Assembly (NCBI GenBank): GCA_047967505.1
Contig: CM106538.1
Reading direction: 5' to 3' (one strand)
Length of the DNA stretch: 64,000 nucleotides
Source: Dipteris shenzhenensis
Lineage: Eukaryota
The position numbers and the translations under genes are program-made. Of this stretch, positions 36,901 through 50,865 are shown one piece after another. The notes below the pieces were generated by a model. The model was not told where the DNA came from, searched no databases, and saw only the letters and a list, made by a program, of their open reading frames with translations. Within the stretch, counting starts at the first letter, position 1; each line of letters begins with the position of its first letter.

Positions 36901-38229
36901 TAACTATCACTAAGCAAGGCCTTAGCGGTTTGCCACCTTGTTTTTTTTGCTTGAAGGACGTGGCCATTTTGGCAAGAGATCCTCATTTAAATAATATTAC
37001 ATACAAGATAATTCACTACCCCTCATGTATAAAGTGATAAAGTCGTTTATGATATCCACAAAGAGACAAAAACCTAAACCTAAACTCATTACAATGGCCT
37101 AAAGGACCACTAATCCTAACACTAAACATCCATTAACATGGTAAACTTGACCAAATGAACTACATTCAAAACTATGAGCCAAATTAACATTATGTGATGA
37201 GCACCATCCCTTAAGACTCGAGATCTTCTTATCTTACTATATATTAAGGAGGGAGAGAGGCATACCAAGCCAATGTGGCAGGATTGTGGAGGCTCGGGAA
37301 GAGAGGAGGAAGGTTCGGAGAGGTTCGGGGGGGAAGGAGGGAGGTTCGAGAAGAGAGGAGGGATGATGAAGCCATGTGGCACCGCCAGATTCAAGATGAG
37401 GCAGACTACAAAAAGAGAAAGAGGTGCATTGAGACACATGGCGGCTTGATACGCGAGAGAGACAGACACACAGTCTAAGGGCTACTAACTCTTCACTGCA
37501 GGGGCTGCTGTGACTATTTACTGTGCGGCCTATTGGCTGTTCACTGCAAGCCAAGGAACTAACATGAGCCTCGAGGTTTGTAGACTGCACACTCCAAGGA
37601 ACACATCATGTGGCAATCTGTGAGTTGAGGGCTGTAGGACATCACCTGGTGCCAAACACTGCGAAGCGAAAGACAGACTGCGGCGGCCAAGGTGGCTAGC
37701 TGCACGAGCCCCGTCAGCGATACAATGTGTGTAGGGTTGCCATGTGGCATAGGTCAGAGGCCAACATATAGCCACAAGCACGTGTCAGAGGCCATCAGCC
37801 AACCATGCTACCACATCTCACCACCCACGTGTCAAATCATGACACCATCAAGCCACGTGTCTGTGTTTTGCTTCCTACTAGCAGAGCAGCTGGGGGCCAT
37901 GGGGCACGTGGTGCAATCCCAGTAGTAGCCTATACACAGGGCGAGAATTTTGCGTCTGCGAGCCTGCGACTAAAACAGCACGTACTGGATTCATCAACCA
38001 CGTGTCGCGAGCGAACCTTGAGAAATAGCTAGCCTTGGTGACTGATGATGTGGCAACTACAATAAACTTCTGTTGGTGAACGAGGTGGTGAATTTATGGT
38101 GGCCAGGACACTGCGTCAAGTGGCAGAGCAGCGAGGTTGCCTCTACTCTATGGTAAAAGTCTTTTAAATGAGTTAGATATTATATATATATAGGAAATTA
38201 ATATTCAAAATTCATAAACATAAATCAAT

Positions 38230-38239
38230 ATAAAGAACT

Positions 38240-38273
<34 letters not shown>

Positions 38274-38426
38274 AATACATAGAAATAAATATAAATATAA
38301 ATATAAATCAATAATAAAATAATAAGAGAGAGAGAGAGAACACGGTGACACAAAGAGCTAGAGAGAGCAGAGAGAGGAGAGGATAGAGTGAGAGAGTAAG
38401 AGTAGGGAGGGGAGAGAGAGAGAGAG

Positions 38427-38483
<57 letters not shown>

Positions 38484-38729
38484 GGAGAGAGAGAGTGAGA
38501 TAGAGAGGGGGGAGGAGAGAGAGAGAGAGGAGAGAGAGGGGGGGAGAGAGTGAGACAAAGAGGGGGAGGAGAGAGAGAGGGGGGAGGGGGGAGAGAGAGG
38601 GAGAGAGAGAGAGAGAGAGGGAGGGAGAGAGGAGAGGAGAGGAGAGGAGAGAGAGGTTGAGAGAAAGAGTCAAAGAGAGGAGAGAGAGACACGGGAGGGA
38701 AGAGAGGAGGGGAGAGGAGATGAGGGAGG

Positions 38730-38776
<47 letters not shown>

Positions 38777-39116
38777 ATGTATATATATACATAGAGAGAG
38801 AGAGAGAGAGAAAGCAAGAGAGAGAGAGAGAGAGGAGAGGATAGAGTGAGAGAGTAAGAGCGAGGAGGGGAGAGAGAGAGATAGAGAGAGTGTGTGAGAT
38901 ACAGAGGGGGGAGGAGAGAGAGGAGAGAGAGAGAGGGGGGGGAGAGAGTGAGAGAAAGAGGGGGGAGGAGAGAGAGGGGAGAGAGAGAGACATGAGAGGA
39001 GAGGAGGGAGGGAGGGAGAGAGGAGAGGAGAGAGAGGTTGAGAGAAAGAGTCAAAGAGAGGAGAGAGAGAGAGACACGCGGGATAGAAGGGAGGAGGGGA
39101 GAGGAGATGAGGGAGG

Positions 39117-39158
<42 letters not shown>

Positions 39159-39184
39159 TCAAAGCGAGAGAGAGAGATCGAGAG

Positions 39185-39217
<33 letters not shown>

Positions 39218-39263
39218 CAAAAAGAGGAGAGGATAGAGTGGTAGAGTAAGAGCTGGGAGGAGG

Positions 39264-39306
<43 letters not shown>

Positions 39307-39846
39307 CTAAGGAGGGAGCAACCATAAGGAGAGGGGAGGGGAAGGTGGGACACGGATTTTTCTTTTTTCTTTTGTTGGGGGGGGTAGCCACAAGGAAAGG
39401 TTGGTGATTAGAGGTAAGGGGGTTGACAGAGTAGCCATGAGAAGGGTAGAGGGAGAGGTGGAGTGAAGTTGAAGTGGGCTGAGAGAGCAACCCATGAGGA
39501 GGTGATGGTAAGTAGAGGTGCGCGGCTAAGGGAGTAGCTGCACCACAAGGAGATGAGAGAGAGAGGTTGAGAGAAAGAGTCACGGAAATGAGAGAGAGAC
39601 GCGGGAGGGAAGAGAGGAGGGGAGAGGAGATGAGGTAGGTAGAGAGAGATATAGATAGATTGATAGATTGATAGAGAGAGAGAGAGAGCAAAGTGATAGA
39701 GAGAGAGGGGAGAGAGAGAGAGAGAGATCAAAAGCAAGAGAGAGAGATAGAGAGAGCAAAAAGGGGAGAGGATAGAGTTGATAGAGTAAGAGCGGGGAGG
39801 AGGGGGAGAGAGAGAGGGCGGGGGGAGGAGAGAGAGAGAGAGGGGG

Positions 39847-39878
<32 letters not shown>

Positions 39879-40075
39879 AAGGGAGGGAGGGAGGGAGATG
39901 AGGGAGGTAGAGAGAGATATATAGATAGATTGATAGATTGATAGAGAGAGAGAGAGAGAGCAAAGTGATAGAGAGAGAGGGGAGAGAGAGAGAGAGAGAG
40001 AGAGAGAGATCGAAGCAACAAAGAGAGATAGAGAGAGCAAAAAGGGGAGAGGATAGAGTTGATCAAAGTGAGAGA
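38230..40075. repeat. (GA)n/(TA)n microsatellite-rich tract with internally duplicated modules
   Basis: Directly visible. The block at ~39300-39560 recurs at ~41730-41970. Confidence 0.9.
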
Positions 40076-40078
40076 GAG

Positions 40079-41000
40079 AAGGTTCTGTGAATTATGGCAT
40101 CAAGACCATATAAGCTTATGGACCACTCGACTATGTCCCCACCCTCACTAGACAAGAACTCTTAACTATGGTCGGTCTTTGTCACCCTTAAGCCGGAGAT
40201 TTCCCTAGAGTTATTATATTTTCTCCTCTAAATAAAGGGTTAGGGGAGAGAACAAACCTACCAATCATGCATTGTGCCATCGATCTTAACGATGATATAT
40301 TGGGGGGAGAAGAGGAGAGGAATTGAGGGAGGGCTCAAAGGATTATGGTCAATCCATGGAAAGGGTATAGGAAGGAGTGAGATTTCCCCAAAATTGTTAC
40401 CATTGTTGCTCCTCCTACTATAGCTATTGGTTACTTCAGTATGCTACTATTGCTGGTGCCTCTTCCAGGTATTGCTATGGGGGATGAGCTATGACAATGT
40501 AGTGGGAGTCATGCAGATTATGGTGGCAATTGCAAGCTATAGGCATAGAGAGAGAGAGAGAGAGATCAAAGCAACAGAGACAGGCTATGTCCTCACTCTC
40601 GCTAGATAAGAACCCTTAACCATAGTCAATCTTTGTCACCCTTGAGCCTGAGATTTCCCTAGAGTTATTATATTTGCTCCTCTAAATGAAGGGTTAGGGG
40701 AGAGAGCAGACCTACCAATCATGCATCGTGCCATTGATCTTAATGATGATATATTGGGGGAAGAGGAGGAGAGGAATTGAGGGAGGGCTCAAAGGATTAG
40801 GGTCAATCCATGGAAAGGGTATAGGAAGGAGTGAGATTTCCCCGAAATTATTACCATTGTTGCTCGTCCTACTATAGCTATTGGCTACTTCATTATGCTA
40901 CTATTGCTGGTGCCTCTTCCAGCTCTACTGTTATGGGGGATGAGCTATGACAATGTAGTGGGAGTCGTGCAGATTATGGTGGCAATTGCAAGTTAGAGGC

Positions 41001-41045
<45 letters not shown>

Positions 41046-41698
41046 AAAGCGATAGAGAGAAGGTCCTGTGAATTGTGACATCAAGACCATATAAGCTTAT
41101 GGACCACGCGGCTATGTCCCCACTCTCACTAGACAAGAACCCTTAACCATGGTCGGTCTTTGACACCCTTGAGCTTGAGATTTCCCTAGAGTTATTATAT
41201 TTGCTCCTCTAAATGAAGGGTTAGGGGAGAGAACAGACCTACCAACCATGCATCGTGCCATTGATCTTAACGATGATATATTAGGGGGAGAAGAGGAGAG
41301 GAATTGAGGGAGGGCTCAAAGGATTAGGTCAATCCATGGAAAGGGTATAGGAAGGAGTAAGATTTCCCTAAAATTGTTGCCATTGTCTCTCGTCCTACTA
41401 TAGCTATTGGCTACTTCATTATGCTACTATTGCTGGTGCCTCTTCTAGCTACTGCTATGGGGGATGAGCTATGACAATGTAGTGGGAGTCGTGCAGATTA
41501 TGGTGGCAATTGCAAGCTATAGGGAGAGAGAGAGAGAGAGAGAGAGAGCAAAGTGACAGAGAGAGATAGAGAGAGATATAGAGAGGAGAGAGAGGGGAGA
41601 GAGAGAGAGAGATCAAAGCGACAAAGAGAGATAGAGAGAGAAAAAAGACTACAGGATAGAGTGATAGAGTAGAAGCGAGGAGGAGGAGAGAGAGAGAT

Positions 41699-41735
<37 letters not shown>

Positions 41736-42500
41736 CTAAGGAGGGAGCAACCATAAGGAGAGGGGAGGGGAAGATAGGACACAGATTTTTCTTTTGTTGG
41801 GGGGGGGGGGGAGCCACAAGGAAAGGTTGGTGATTAGAGGTGAGGGGGTTGAGGGAGTAGCCATGAGAAGGGTAGAGGGAGAGGTGGAGTGAAGTTGAAG
41901 GGGGTTGAGAGAGCAACCCGTGATGGTGAGTAGAGGTGCGAGGCTAAGGGAGTAGCTGCAGCATAAGGAGAGGGGAGCGAGAGGTGGAGCAAGGACTAAG
42001 AGAGCAAATACAAGGAGAGGTGAGGGGGATGTCCCACAAGGTGGAGTTGAGGTGAGGGGGATGTCGCACAAGGTGGAAAGAAGGTAGGAGGGCTGAGAGA
42101 GGAGTCACACAAGGAGGGATGGTGAGCGGAGGCGAGGCCATGAGAACAGAGGAGGTGAGGGGAGGAGCCACAAGGAGTGGGGAGGTGATGGGAAACCACA
42201 AGGATATGTGAGGTTAGGGAGCAGAGGGGATGCAAGCAAGCTAACGATTTAGTAGTTGTAAGGAGGGGAGGGCCAAGTGGAGCAAAGGTGAGGGGGAGCA
42301 AAGGGTCAATCCATGGAAAGGGTATAGGAAGGAGTGAGATTTCCCCGAAATTGTTACCATTATTGCTCGTCCTACTATAGCTATTGGCTACTTCATTATG
42401 CTACTATTGCTAGTGCCTCTTCCAGCTACTGCTATGGGGGATGAGCTATGACAATGTAGTGGGAGTCGTGCAGATTATGGTGGCAATTGCAAGCTATAGG
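40079..42500. repeat. ~460-bp unit repeated about 3.4 times, separated by (GA)n
   Basis: Units at ~40079-40547, ~40584-41003, ~41059-41522 and a partial unit at ~42301-42500. All share CAATCCATGGAAAGGGTATAGGAAGGAGT...GGGGATGAGCTATGACAATGTAGTGGGAGTC...GGCAATTGCAAG. Confidence 0.9.
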
Positions 42501-43107
42501 GAGAGGAGCTACAGGGATGCCAATTGTGGGGTGTGATACAGGAGTCGGCAATGGAGATTTACAAATGTGGGAATTCGGACATGGAGATGGGAACTACAAA
42601 GGTCGAAAGGAAGAAGGAGGAGGGAGCTATGGAAATGGAAATGCTTGAAAGGCAAGAAAGAAGAAGAAGAATAAGAAGAAGAAGAAGAGAAGGCAAGTGT
42701 CCCTATACACATGCATGTGCACATGTGTATGTATGTATATCTATGCACATGTGGAGGTTTCTTAATCTATGTATGCATACACATGTGAGGGTGTGGTGGT
42801 ATTATACATGTATGTCTCTACGTGTATATGTTTGTGTGCATATGGGTGAGTAAACACACAAGATATCCACAAGATACACACACACATCATATACCCCATG
42901 GACACATAGATAGAGATGTGCACACTAAAACATGCCCAAAGGCCCAACACACATATGCATGTATAGACACATAGGCATACACACGTACATGATTATACAC
43001 ACACTTGAGCAAGTGCACACATTTGTGATATACAAGTGTATGTGTGTGTGTATCACATAGATGCATATGCATATATATACATATATACATAGATAGATAG
43101 ATTGATT

Positions 43108-43138
<31 letters not shown>

Positions 43139-43892
43139 GGGGGAGAGAGAGATTATTAGTATAAAAAACATTTTATGTGAATAAATACACTGTTAGGGTG
43201 TTTGATTTGAGAACTTAATAAAAAGCATCCAAATGTTGAGATTTGTAAACTTCCACATGGAGAGAGAGAGAGAGAGAGATGTTACCAAAATCACTTTTTC
43301 CCAACTTAAAATAATTCTAAAGATCCAATTTGAAATTTCATTTAAAAGCATTCATATATTGAGATTTTTATATAAAAGCTATACTTTTATTCCTTGAAAT
43401 TAAAGGCACCCTAGGATCCAAACCTTGAGAGCCATCAGAGGGAGTCTCTAACCTGTCATAGACATATATTTATTAATATTTTAATATTTAGTATTTTGTG
43501 TGTGTGTGTGTGTGTGCGCGTGTGTGTGTGTGTGTGTTGGTATGTGTCTATACGTTTTTTGAAAATTATCTTTAAATTCCTCAAAGTTTTAGATATTTAT
43601 AAATGAAACCTTAATCTATGATCACAATCTTGAGACCCAGCGGACCGGGTCTCTAGCGTGTGGTAGACGGGTCAGGTTACAAGGTGAAATTTGCATGTGA
43701 GCTAATAGAGAAATTCATAAAAGGGAGAATTCACTATGGATTTGTAAAGGAGGCAAAACAAAGTGAAGTGTGGAGCATAGGAAGAGAGATTCACAGAACC
43801 TCTAAAGGAACCAAAACACAGTGAAGTGTGGAGCATTAGTAGAAGAGAGGCACTTCTCTCACATGCGATTCATTCTGTGTAGGTGCTTCACA

Positions 43893-46800
43893 ATGGCGTC
43901 CTCGTCTGCCGCTATGGCTGCCTCCACAGGGGCCCTTGCAAGAGCCATCTCTTCTTCCCCTTCCCCCATCAAGAATCTCTGCACTTCTGTTCCGCACATC
44001 TTCACCCAAGGAGCTGGCTTTTGCTGCATCTCCTTAGGATCTCGTGCCTTGGAGCGCTCATGCCGCCCTCGTAAAACCCCGCCTTTCGCATGGACCGCGG
44101 GTTTTGGAAGCATGGTGCAATCCGCTTGTGAGTAGCTCTCGTATTTTTTGCTCCCCGGGGTTGCATTCCTCAGTTTCTTTTTGGTCCGTTTCTGCTCTTT
44201 TTCAATACTGGGGAAATACACGATTTGATCCCTCAACTTTATTGTCTTGCGTCTGCCATGCATTTCAATCACAATGCCCACTTTCATCGGCTGTTATCTT
44301 CTAATGAAAAAGGGGGAGAGACTCTTCATTTTGCAAACGTATGACGTGACCGAAATTCCCACTTCGTAGATGTTATCTTATTGTGGAAGAGGGTTAAACG
44401 GCAAATCGCAATCACGTTTTAGCTCTGAAAACGGTGCATGAAATGAACTACATTGTTAGGGACACAATGGTTGTACAACCGCGCTTGGAAGCAAGAACAA
44501 TGAAATCAACCATCATCGAACCTCTCCAGTTGGTTTTGAACTCCTGAAATCGAGCCTTACCAACTTTGTGTCTGTGATCTGGCATTGCACATTATTGTTT
44601 ATGGCCTTCTCTTTATGATATTCCTTCGGTACTTGGAAAAATGTTGGCATTATTTGAATTCTAAGACTCTATTCACAGTTTGAAGTTTTTTTATGGGTTT
44701 TGATATATTCAGTCTCATGAATGTATATCTATTAAATTCTAAATTTTGTAGCAACAGCTTTGAAGAAAGAAGCTATAGTGGCGGAGGATGCACCAGCTGC
44801 ACTGGGACCATATTCGCAAGCTATCAAATCTGGGAACCTTTTGTTTGTTTCCGGAGTTCTAGGTCTTCTTCCAGAGGTCTATTATAATTTGCTGTTTTAT
44901 ATCTTTATGTTAAGTTATTTATTGTTGACACTATTGATGCTTCCAGTACACCTTTTGGCCTGACGAGCAAAACGTTTGGGAAGAGACCTTGATTTTATCT
45001 TACTTTTATTTATGTGCTGCCCTTATTGAGTGTTACTGTTGGTGTTTCCTTTGGACAGACCGGAAGTTTTGCTTCAGAGACTGTGGAGGGTCAAACAGAG
45101 CAGGTAAGAATGCTTCCAACTTTCTAATACTGGAGGAGTGGGTGGAACCGACACTCTTGTTGCCTTTACCCAAAGTGCAACATTAGTGTGAATTTGTGAA
45201 AGTTTGTTTGGAAGTTTAGCCACTTTTTGTTTTGCACTTCCATACAGTTACATTAGAACTAAGAGGGTATTCTGAAGACTGCAAGAATCCTTGAATGTGT
45301 TATCCATCCCTTACGTCCTTTGTTGCCTTGGAAGCTGAAGCCTTTTGACTTTTTGGCATCTTCTCTCCAACTTTATGATATCTGCTAAATTTATACCCTC
45401 ATGCAACCAAACTCATTACGGATAATGACCTCTAGTTGATTAATGTCGTGTGTGTGTGGCTGCTTTCTCATATCAAATTTGAGGCATCTAAAATTATTCT
45501 TTTACCTAAGTATTTGTTAGAGAATGAAATCCCACCAGAGGGTATCCCAGCAGCGGAAGACTGATAGATAGCCTAGGAATTACACACGGAAGTGTTTCAC
45601 TATGGAATCAAGCTTCATAACCATGTGTGTACTTCACAACCATTCATGTGTGTGCAGACTAATAGACTGTGCTCAAAGACAATATAGAAGCAGCTCTTAG
45701 ATATTTCTGTCCGCCCAATGAAAGGACCCCATTAGGGGGCCTTGGATATAATTATGTGCCTTGAGATTGTGCTGCATCCATAGCAGCAGGAAGGTTAGAG
45801 ATGAGGTCACCTTGTGCCTGCATCTAGGGCAGCAGGAAGGCAGAGGCGCTGTGCCTTACCAATTTGCTGCATTGCAGAGCAGGAAGGAGGTCTGTTTGTG
45901 TGGCATCTAAGCAGCCCACTGAAGTCCCTTCGAGAATGTAGGTTGATAGAAGACTGAAGGTGTTAGGAGGAGGTAGAAGACAGCTTTGTAAGGTGCCAGG
46001 GGTTTACATCAAGACAGCTTTGTAAGGTGCCAGGGGTTTACATCTAGGCCGTACGTTGTATGCTACCACTAAGAATGCTTTTCTGTTCATGTTTGGAGCT
46101 ATCTATATTACATGTTTTTCTGTTTTACTCTATTATGCATTGTTTAAGATCTGTGTTTTTAATCTACCTCTATATACAATTGTGTGCGCAAGGGAAAGGA
46201 AAAAGTGGGTGCAACAACGATCTAAGAGAGAAAAGAAAGAAAGTTTAATAAAAGTCTTCAAAAGACCGAAGGGTCTTTGAGACTGAAAAAGATTTGATTT
46301 TAGCATTAAGTAATTCTTGGGCTACATCTCTGGACATTCTTCTGCTGTGGGAATATTGGCTATAGCAAGCAACCTCTGTCTCTTTTTTCCAACATGGTAT
46401 CAGATCCCTGAGGCAGATTCACAATTGCTTGGAGCTTGGAGGTGAGGACCTTTGGAAGCAGATCTCAGTTCAGGTGTGACTCTCAATATGGCCCCAGGAA
46501 GGAGGTTGTGCTTCAGACATAGGAGTTGGCTTTTTGCTGGTCCCCTCTGAGTAAAGCTGAGATAGGCTGGACCTCCATCGTGCGTCTCTGGTCAACCTCT
46601 CTATGAGCTAACATGGCAGGTGGTCTGCTGGCAAACAGCAGGCTGCCTACATGGTTTTGTGCCATGTGAATGTCATCTTTCTCTCACATGTCAAGCGAGG
46701 TAAGTATGTTGTAGAAGAGTAGGGTGCAGCTTTTAATAGCTCCAGGTGGGTTGGTCTGTGATTCCCTCTCACGCCCAAGTTGTAGTCCGCCTAGGGCTTA

Positions 46801-48326
46801 ACAAAGGTCAACAGTCGAGCTGCATGATTGACATACCATGTGAACTGATCAGCCAAGATTCCATGTAGTTGGCTGGCTGACATTAGGATGCCTACATGGC
46901 TGTTTACCTCATGGAACCTGCCAATTATGGAAGACAATTAGTATGATGGGCTAAATTTAAAGTTTTTTTTTGCATCTAGCTAGCCAGAAGTGCTGTATGT
47001 AGTGTGAACTCCAAATATCTTCCAAGCTGTGTGTGGCTGAGAGGAATGACTCTTACTTTGAATGTCTATGGGACACACTTACGGTAGTATGCTTGAGAAG
47101 ACCCACATACAAGAGTCTGCCCCTAAGTTATGATGCTGTGGCTCTTAATCATTTTCTTCAGGATGATGAAAGGTGCCAAAGGGCTGGGCAAACCTCCGGA
47201 GTCACCAGCAATATTGTGGGCTCCACTGCTGCCTTTCAATGTGTTGTTTACAAGTACCTCCCAATTAGAAGTTGGCCAAACGACATTTTACAAGCATAGT
47301 TGAAATGGTTGGGGCACATTGCTGTCTAGGAAGGCTCCACATAAACCTATCTCTATTCTACCCCAAAGAGTTGAACCAAGAGTGGTAGGAAGCAAAGATC
47401 TGGCAAGGCAGAAGTTTGAACTTCGGTCAATTAGAGTCGATAGTTGCCCATTTTTATGATGGATACTCAGTAGGTACTCAACTACTTCCATACTTGAACG
47501 TGAATTTGGGCTGAAGATTGGGTCTTTAAAGTACTGGGAATACTTTCTCAAAGCATATGCTGAATGGAGTGAAGATCATAAAGCAGGCCTTACGCTCTCC
47601 ATTCTTATTTCATGTGCTGTTAGCACCTCTGGCATGGATGTGAAAGGCCAAATAATAGGCCTACTTTTCAGTGCAACTAATATCTGATGAATTGCAAGGC
47701 ACAAGCTAAAACTTGTAAGAGCAATTATAAAACTTGCTGCAATGGAATTGCTGAGATGGATGATTTCCTTTGATCCCGGTGTCTCTTTATTGAATTGAGT
47801 AATGATGTATGAGGTGCATGCTCTCCTGTTCATTTGAACTGATACAAGAGGAAGGGTGGTACACAATTTTTAGTATGCTTCAATAAGTTTACGGCTTGAA
47901 AATTTGGGTGTAGGTTCTTAAAAACATGGGAGCAATCTTAAAAGCAGCTGGCGCTAGTCATGCTTCAGTTGTCAAAACGACTATTATGTAAGCTCCATGC
48001 CCTTTCGTTTTTCACTAATGGATTAAGGACCTTGTTGGTGGGGAAGCATAATCTTCAAACCTTGCAGGTTAGCCGATCTGACTGACTTCAAGAAGGTCAA
48101 CGAAATCTACGCAAAGTGTAAGAGGTTTCGGTTTGTTTAGAACTTTACCAGAATGTTGCATATCTAATGGCATTCCTTCTTGTACTGGAAACCAAACAAC
48201 TATCGTAATCCCATTTGAAAATCTTTTGCAGACTTTCCAGCTCCTTCTCCTGCACGGTCAACATATCAAGTGGCGGGGCTACCTCTCAATGCACGCATTG
48301 AAATAGAGTGTATTGCAACTCTGTGA
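43893..48326 (+). CDS. RIDA: Reactive intermediate/imine deaminase A (RidA; YjgF/YER057c/UK114 family), probable plastid transit peptide, 207 aa
   Basis: Exons 43893-44127, 44752-44876, 45059-45103, 47914-47987, 48068-48117 and 48232-48326 (624 nt, all GT-AG, phases consistent). Motifs APAALGPYSQAIK, LFVSGVLGL, QTEQVLKNMGAIL, VVKTTIMLADLTDFKKVNEIY and PARSTYQVAGLP...IEIECIA. Ser/Ala-rich N-terminus. Confidence 0.95.
45515..46404 (+). mobile_element. LTR (~880 bp) plus tRNA-iMet PBS: truncated LTR retroelement in RidA intron 3
   Basis: TGTT at 45515 and AACA ending 46394, immediately followed by TGGTATCAGA. ~33-bp tandem duplication at ~45978-46043. No second LTR seen; the left boundary is tentative. 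Confidence 0.6.
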
Positions 48327-48768
48327 CCCTGCCACACGCTTCTTATATAATGGCTGACATCTGTTTTTGAGTAAAAACTTATAATTGTGTCTCCATAGTC
48401 CTAGAACATTGAGAAGACAGGCATTTTTAAGGCCATCTTACTAAGAAGAAACCTAGAGAATCACTCGATGGGGGAAAACTTGTAAAAAATAATTTTGCAT
48501 ACATGGCTAATTTTTTGGTTGCCTTCATTGCAATTGCCCTGCTCTTCATGTCTGGATCTTGGTAGGAATTAAGCACAAAGAGAGTTGCATAAATGCATGC
48601 ATGAGAGCAGATGTTTGGACAATTATCCACACCTGCCTTTTGATGTTAGCAAAGTTGTTCATGTACTTTGCCAATCCTTGGTATGAATTATTAAGCTAGT
48701 GTTTAAAAGATACGTTTGTCTACAGAAAAAGTATGGGGTGCACACCAACTGAAAACTCGATTACCAAG

Positions 48769-49036
48769 GAAAAACATTCACATGCACAAATCAATAGGAG
48801 GAATTAATAACGAGGAATTAGAAAAACGATCACGGAAAACATTCACGTGCACAAATCAGTAGGAGGAATTACTAACAAGATTAGAAAAACGTGAGTTGCT
48901 TTCATTGAACTAGATTAAAAGAAAAACCTTGATGGAAAATGATGTGCACAAATCAGCTGGAGTAATTACTAACAAGATTGGAGGAATGAGAAAAACGTGA
49001 GTTGATTTCATTGAACTAGATTAAAAGAAAAACCTT
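48769..49036. repeat. Short diverged tandem repeats downstream of RidA
   Basis: TGCACAAATCA...GGAG.AATTA.TAAC three times; GAAAAACGTGAGTTG.TTTCATTGAACTAGATTAAAAGAAAAACCTT twice. Confidence 0.8.
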
Positions 49037-50865
49037 ACAAAGTCTTCATATCACAAAGTTGGATTGTGATGTATGATTGAGCATAAAAATGGTGATTGAA
49101 AATGATATGCACGTGTGCATCTAGGCTAGGCTTACATTTTCTCATTGCTATAAATGTAATGAAAGATGACCTTTTCATATATCTTTGATTTGACATGCAT
49201 GTATACTTGCGCATTCAAGGTCAATGTGGCATCTCCATGTGTCGCGATGCATTGTGAAGTATTATAGTAATTTGGCCCTTTATATGTGTTATTTTTATCA
49301 TATTGCAAATTTTGCTATCAACTAAGAATGCTTTAACTTGTGCCCATTGTGCTTTGAAATCCATGGAGTATCAAATTCACCCTTCAGCCACCCTCTAGGT
49401 GAAGTGATGATGGGTTGTCCTTTTGTTATAACGATCAAGGCTCCTTACAATGAGATCCCTTAAACAAGCAGGTATCATGATCACGTAGCAATAGATTAGT
49501 GCGGACAAATGGACTTTGCAAGTTTAAAAAAGAATTAAATGACCTTAAACTACGAGGGTAGGAGTCCCAAGGATGAGGAGTAGCAACAACAAAGGGGTCT
49601 CAAATTAGAGCATGAGAAGGAGATGATGTGTGTTGAATTTTATAAAGCATTGGGGTTATAACGTTTGCAATTGTTTGGATGCATGAGGTATAAGGAAAAG
49701 TCTCAATTCGTGTCCCATCTAAGGTGTTTCAGAAAGCAATGAGGTTAATAACATAGTTCTCTCTTTTACCCTTGTTGATGAGCTTTATTACTTGCTTGCA
49801 CTCGCAAACTTTTGGACTTTTGCTAAATAAACTCAAGTTCTTTAAGTTTTGCATTCTCTTTAGTTTAGGATGAGATTGAAAATATATACTGGTACGTTAG
49901 CCTTATCATAAGATTTTACAATGTTCAATTGTACCTTAAATGTGAGCTTGTGTTTAGATGGGACAAGTTTTAAAATGTGGAAGCCCAATTCCCATAAATT
50001 ATGGAGGATGGTTGAAGACACATATAAAAACTAATTGAGATAGAAACTTACTAATTAGATGAAGATGGAATGCCACCAACTTTTTCATGGGCTCTTCTAA
50101 CATATCTTAATTGAAGGAATTTGTGCAAGGTTGGGACTAATTAATGCAAACTTTCTAATTTTCACTAACATGGGGGACATGCTATGTGTTCCTTGAGTAA
50201 GCCATTCCATGCTCATCGAGTAACTTTCATATGAAAGCTTTTTTTGACCTGGCTCTTCGAAAACCCCAAAATCATTTTCAAATGTGAAGAGTGTGTTTCA
50301 ATCCTTCTCATAACATTGTAGCTAGTTTTAACACCATCTAACTGTTCGTTTAAGTATTGAGGGGAGAGGAGTTTAGTTTTCATCTATCATGTCCTTGCCA
50401 ATGGCTACAAATTGCTCTAGAATGCCCTCAAGTCTTGTGAGATTATTGTCCATGAACTCATCTTCATGCATCTTTAGGCCATACTAATTCTTATGCTTGC
50501 ACTTTGAACATGTTGGTAACGTTATGACTTATTCTAGTGTTAGTGTATATATTGGGTACCCTTTGTTCTAGTGTATATGCTGGGTACCCTTTCCACACAT
50601 AATGAAAACAATGTTGCTATTTATTGCAAGAACCATAGTGAAAATGCAAGCAACCTTCATAATGTTTTGGGAGAGGTGGGCTAGCTTCTTGTGGCTCTTC
50701 ATGTTAGAAATTTGGAACCAATAATGGCAAAGCACATGTACACGGTTCCAAGTGCACTTCAGGCGGACTTCAGGACAACCAACAAAACATCATGCTATTG
50801 TTGCAATAACATGGTCTATTAGAAAAAATTATAGGAAGAAGCAAAGCTAATGTCGAAAATAGATA

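Larger units (their letters stand above)
37232..43656 (+). mobile_element. Possible non-autonomous Helitron-like block (GA-rich, tandem modules)
   Basis: A|TCTTACTATATATTAAG at 37232 resembles plant Helitron 5' ends. Hairpin GAGACCC-N8-GGGTCTC with CTAG at 43632-43656 is a non-canonical candidate 3' end. Confidence 0.3.

Noticed and set aside
38225-40066. 488-aa and other Leu/Ser ORFs on the minus strand
   Set aside because: Translations of (GA)n/(TA)n repeats.
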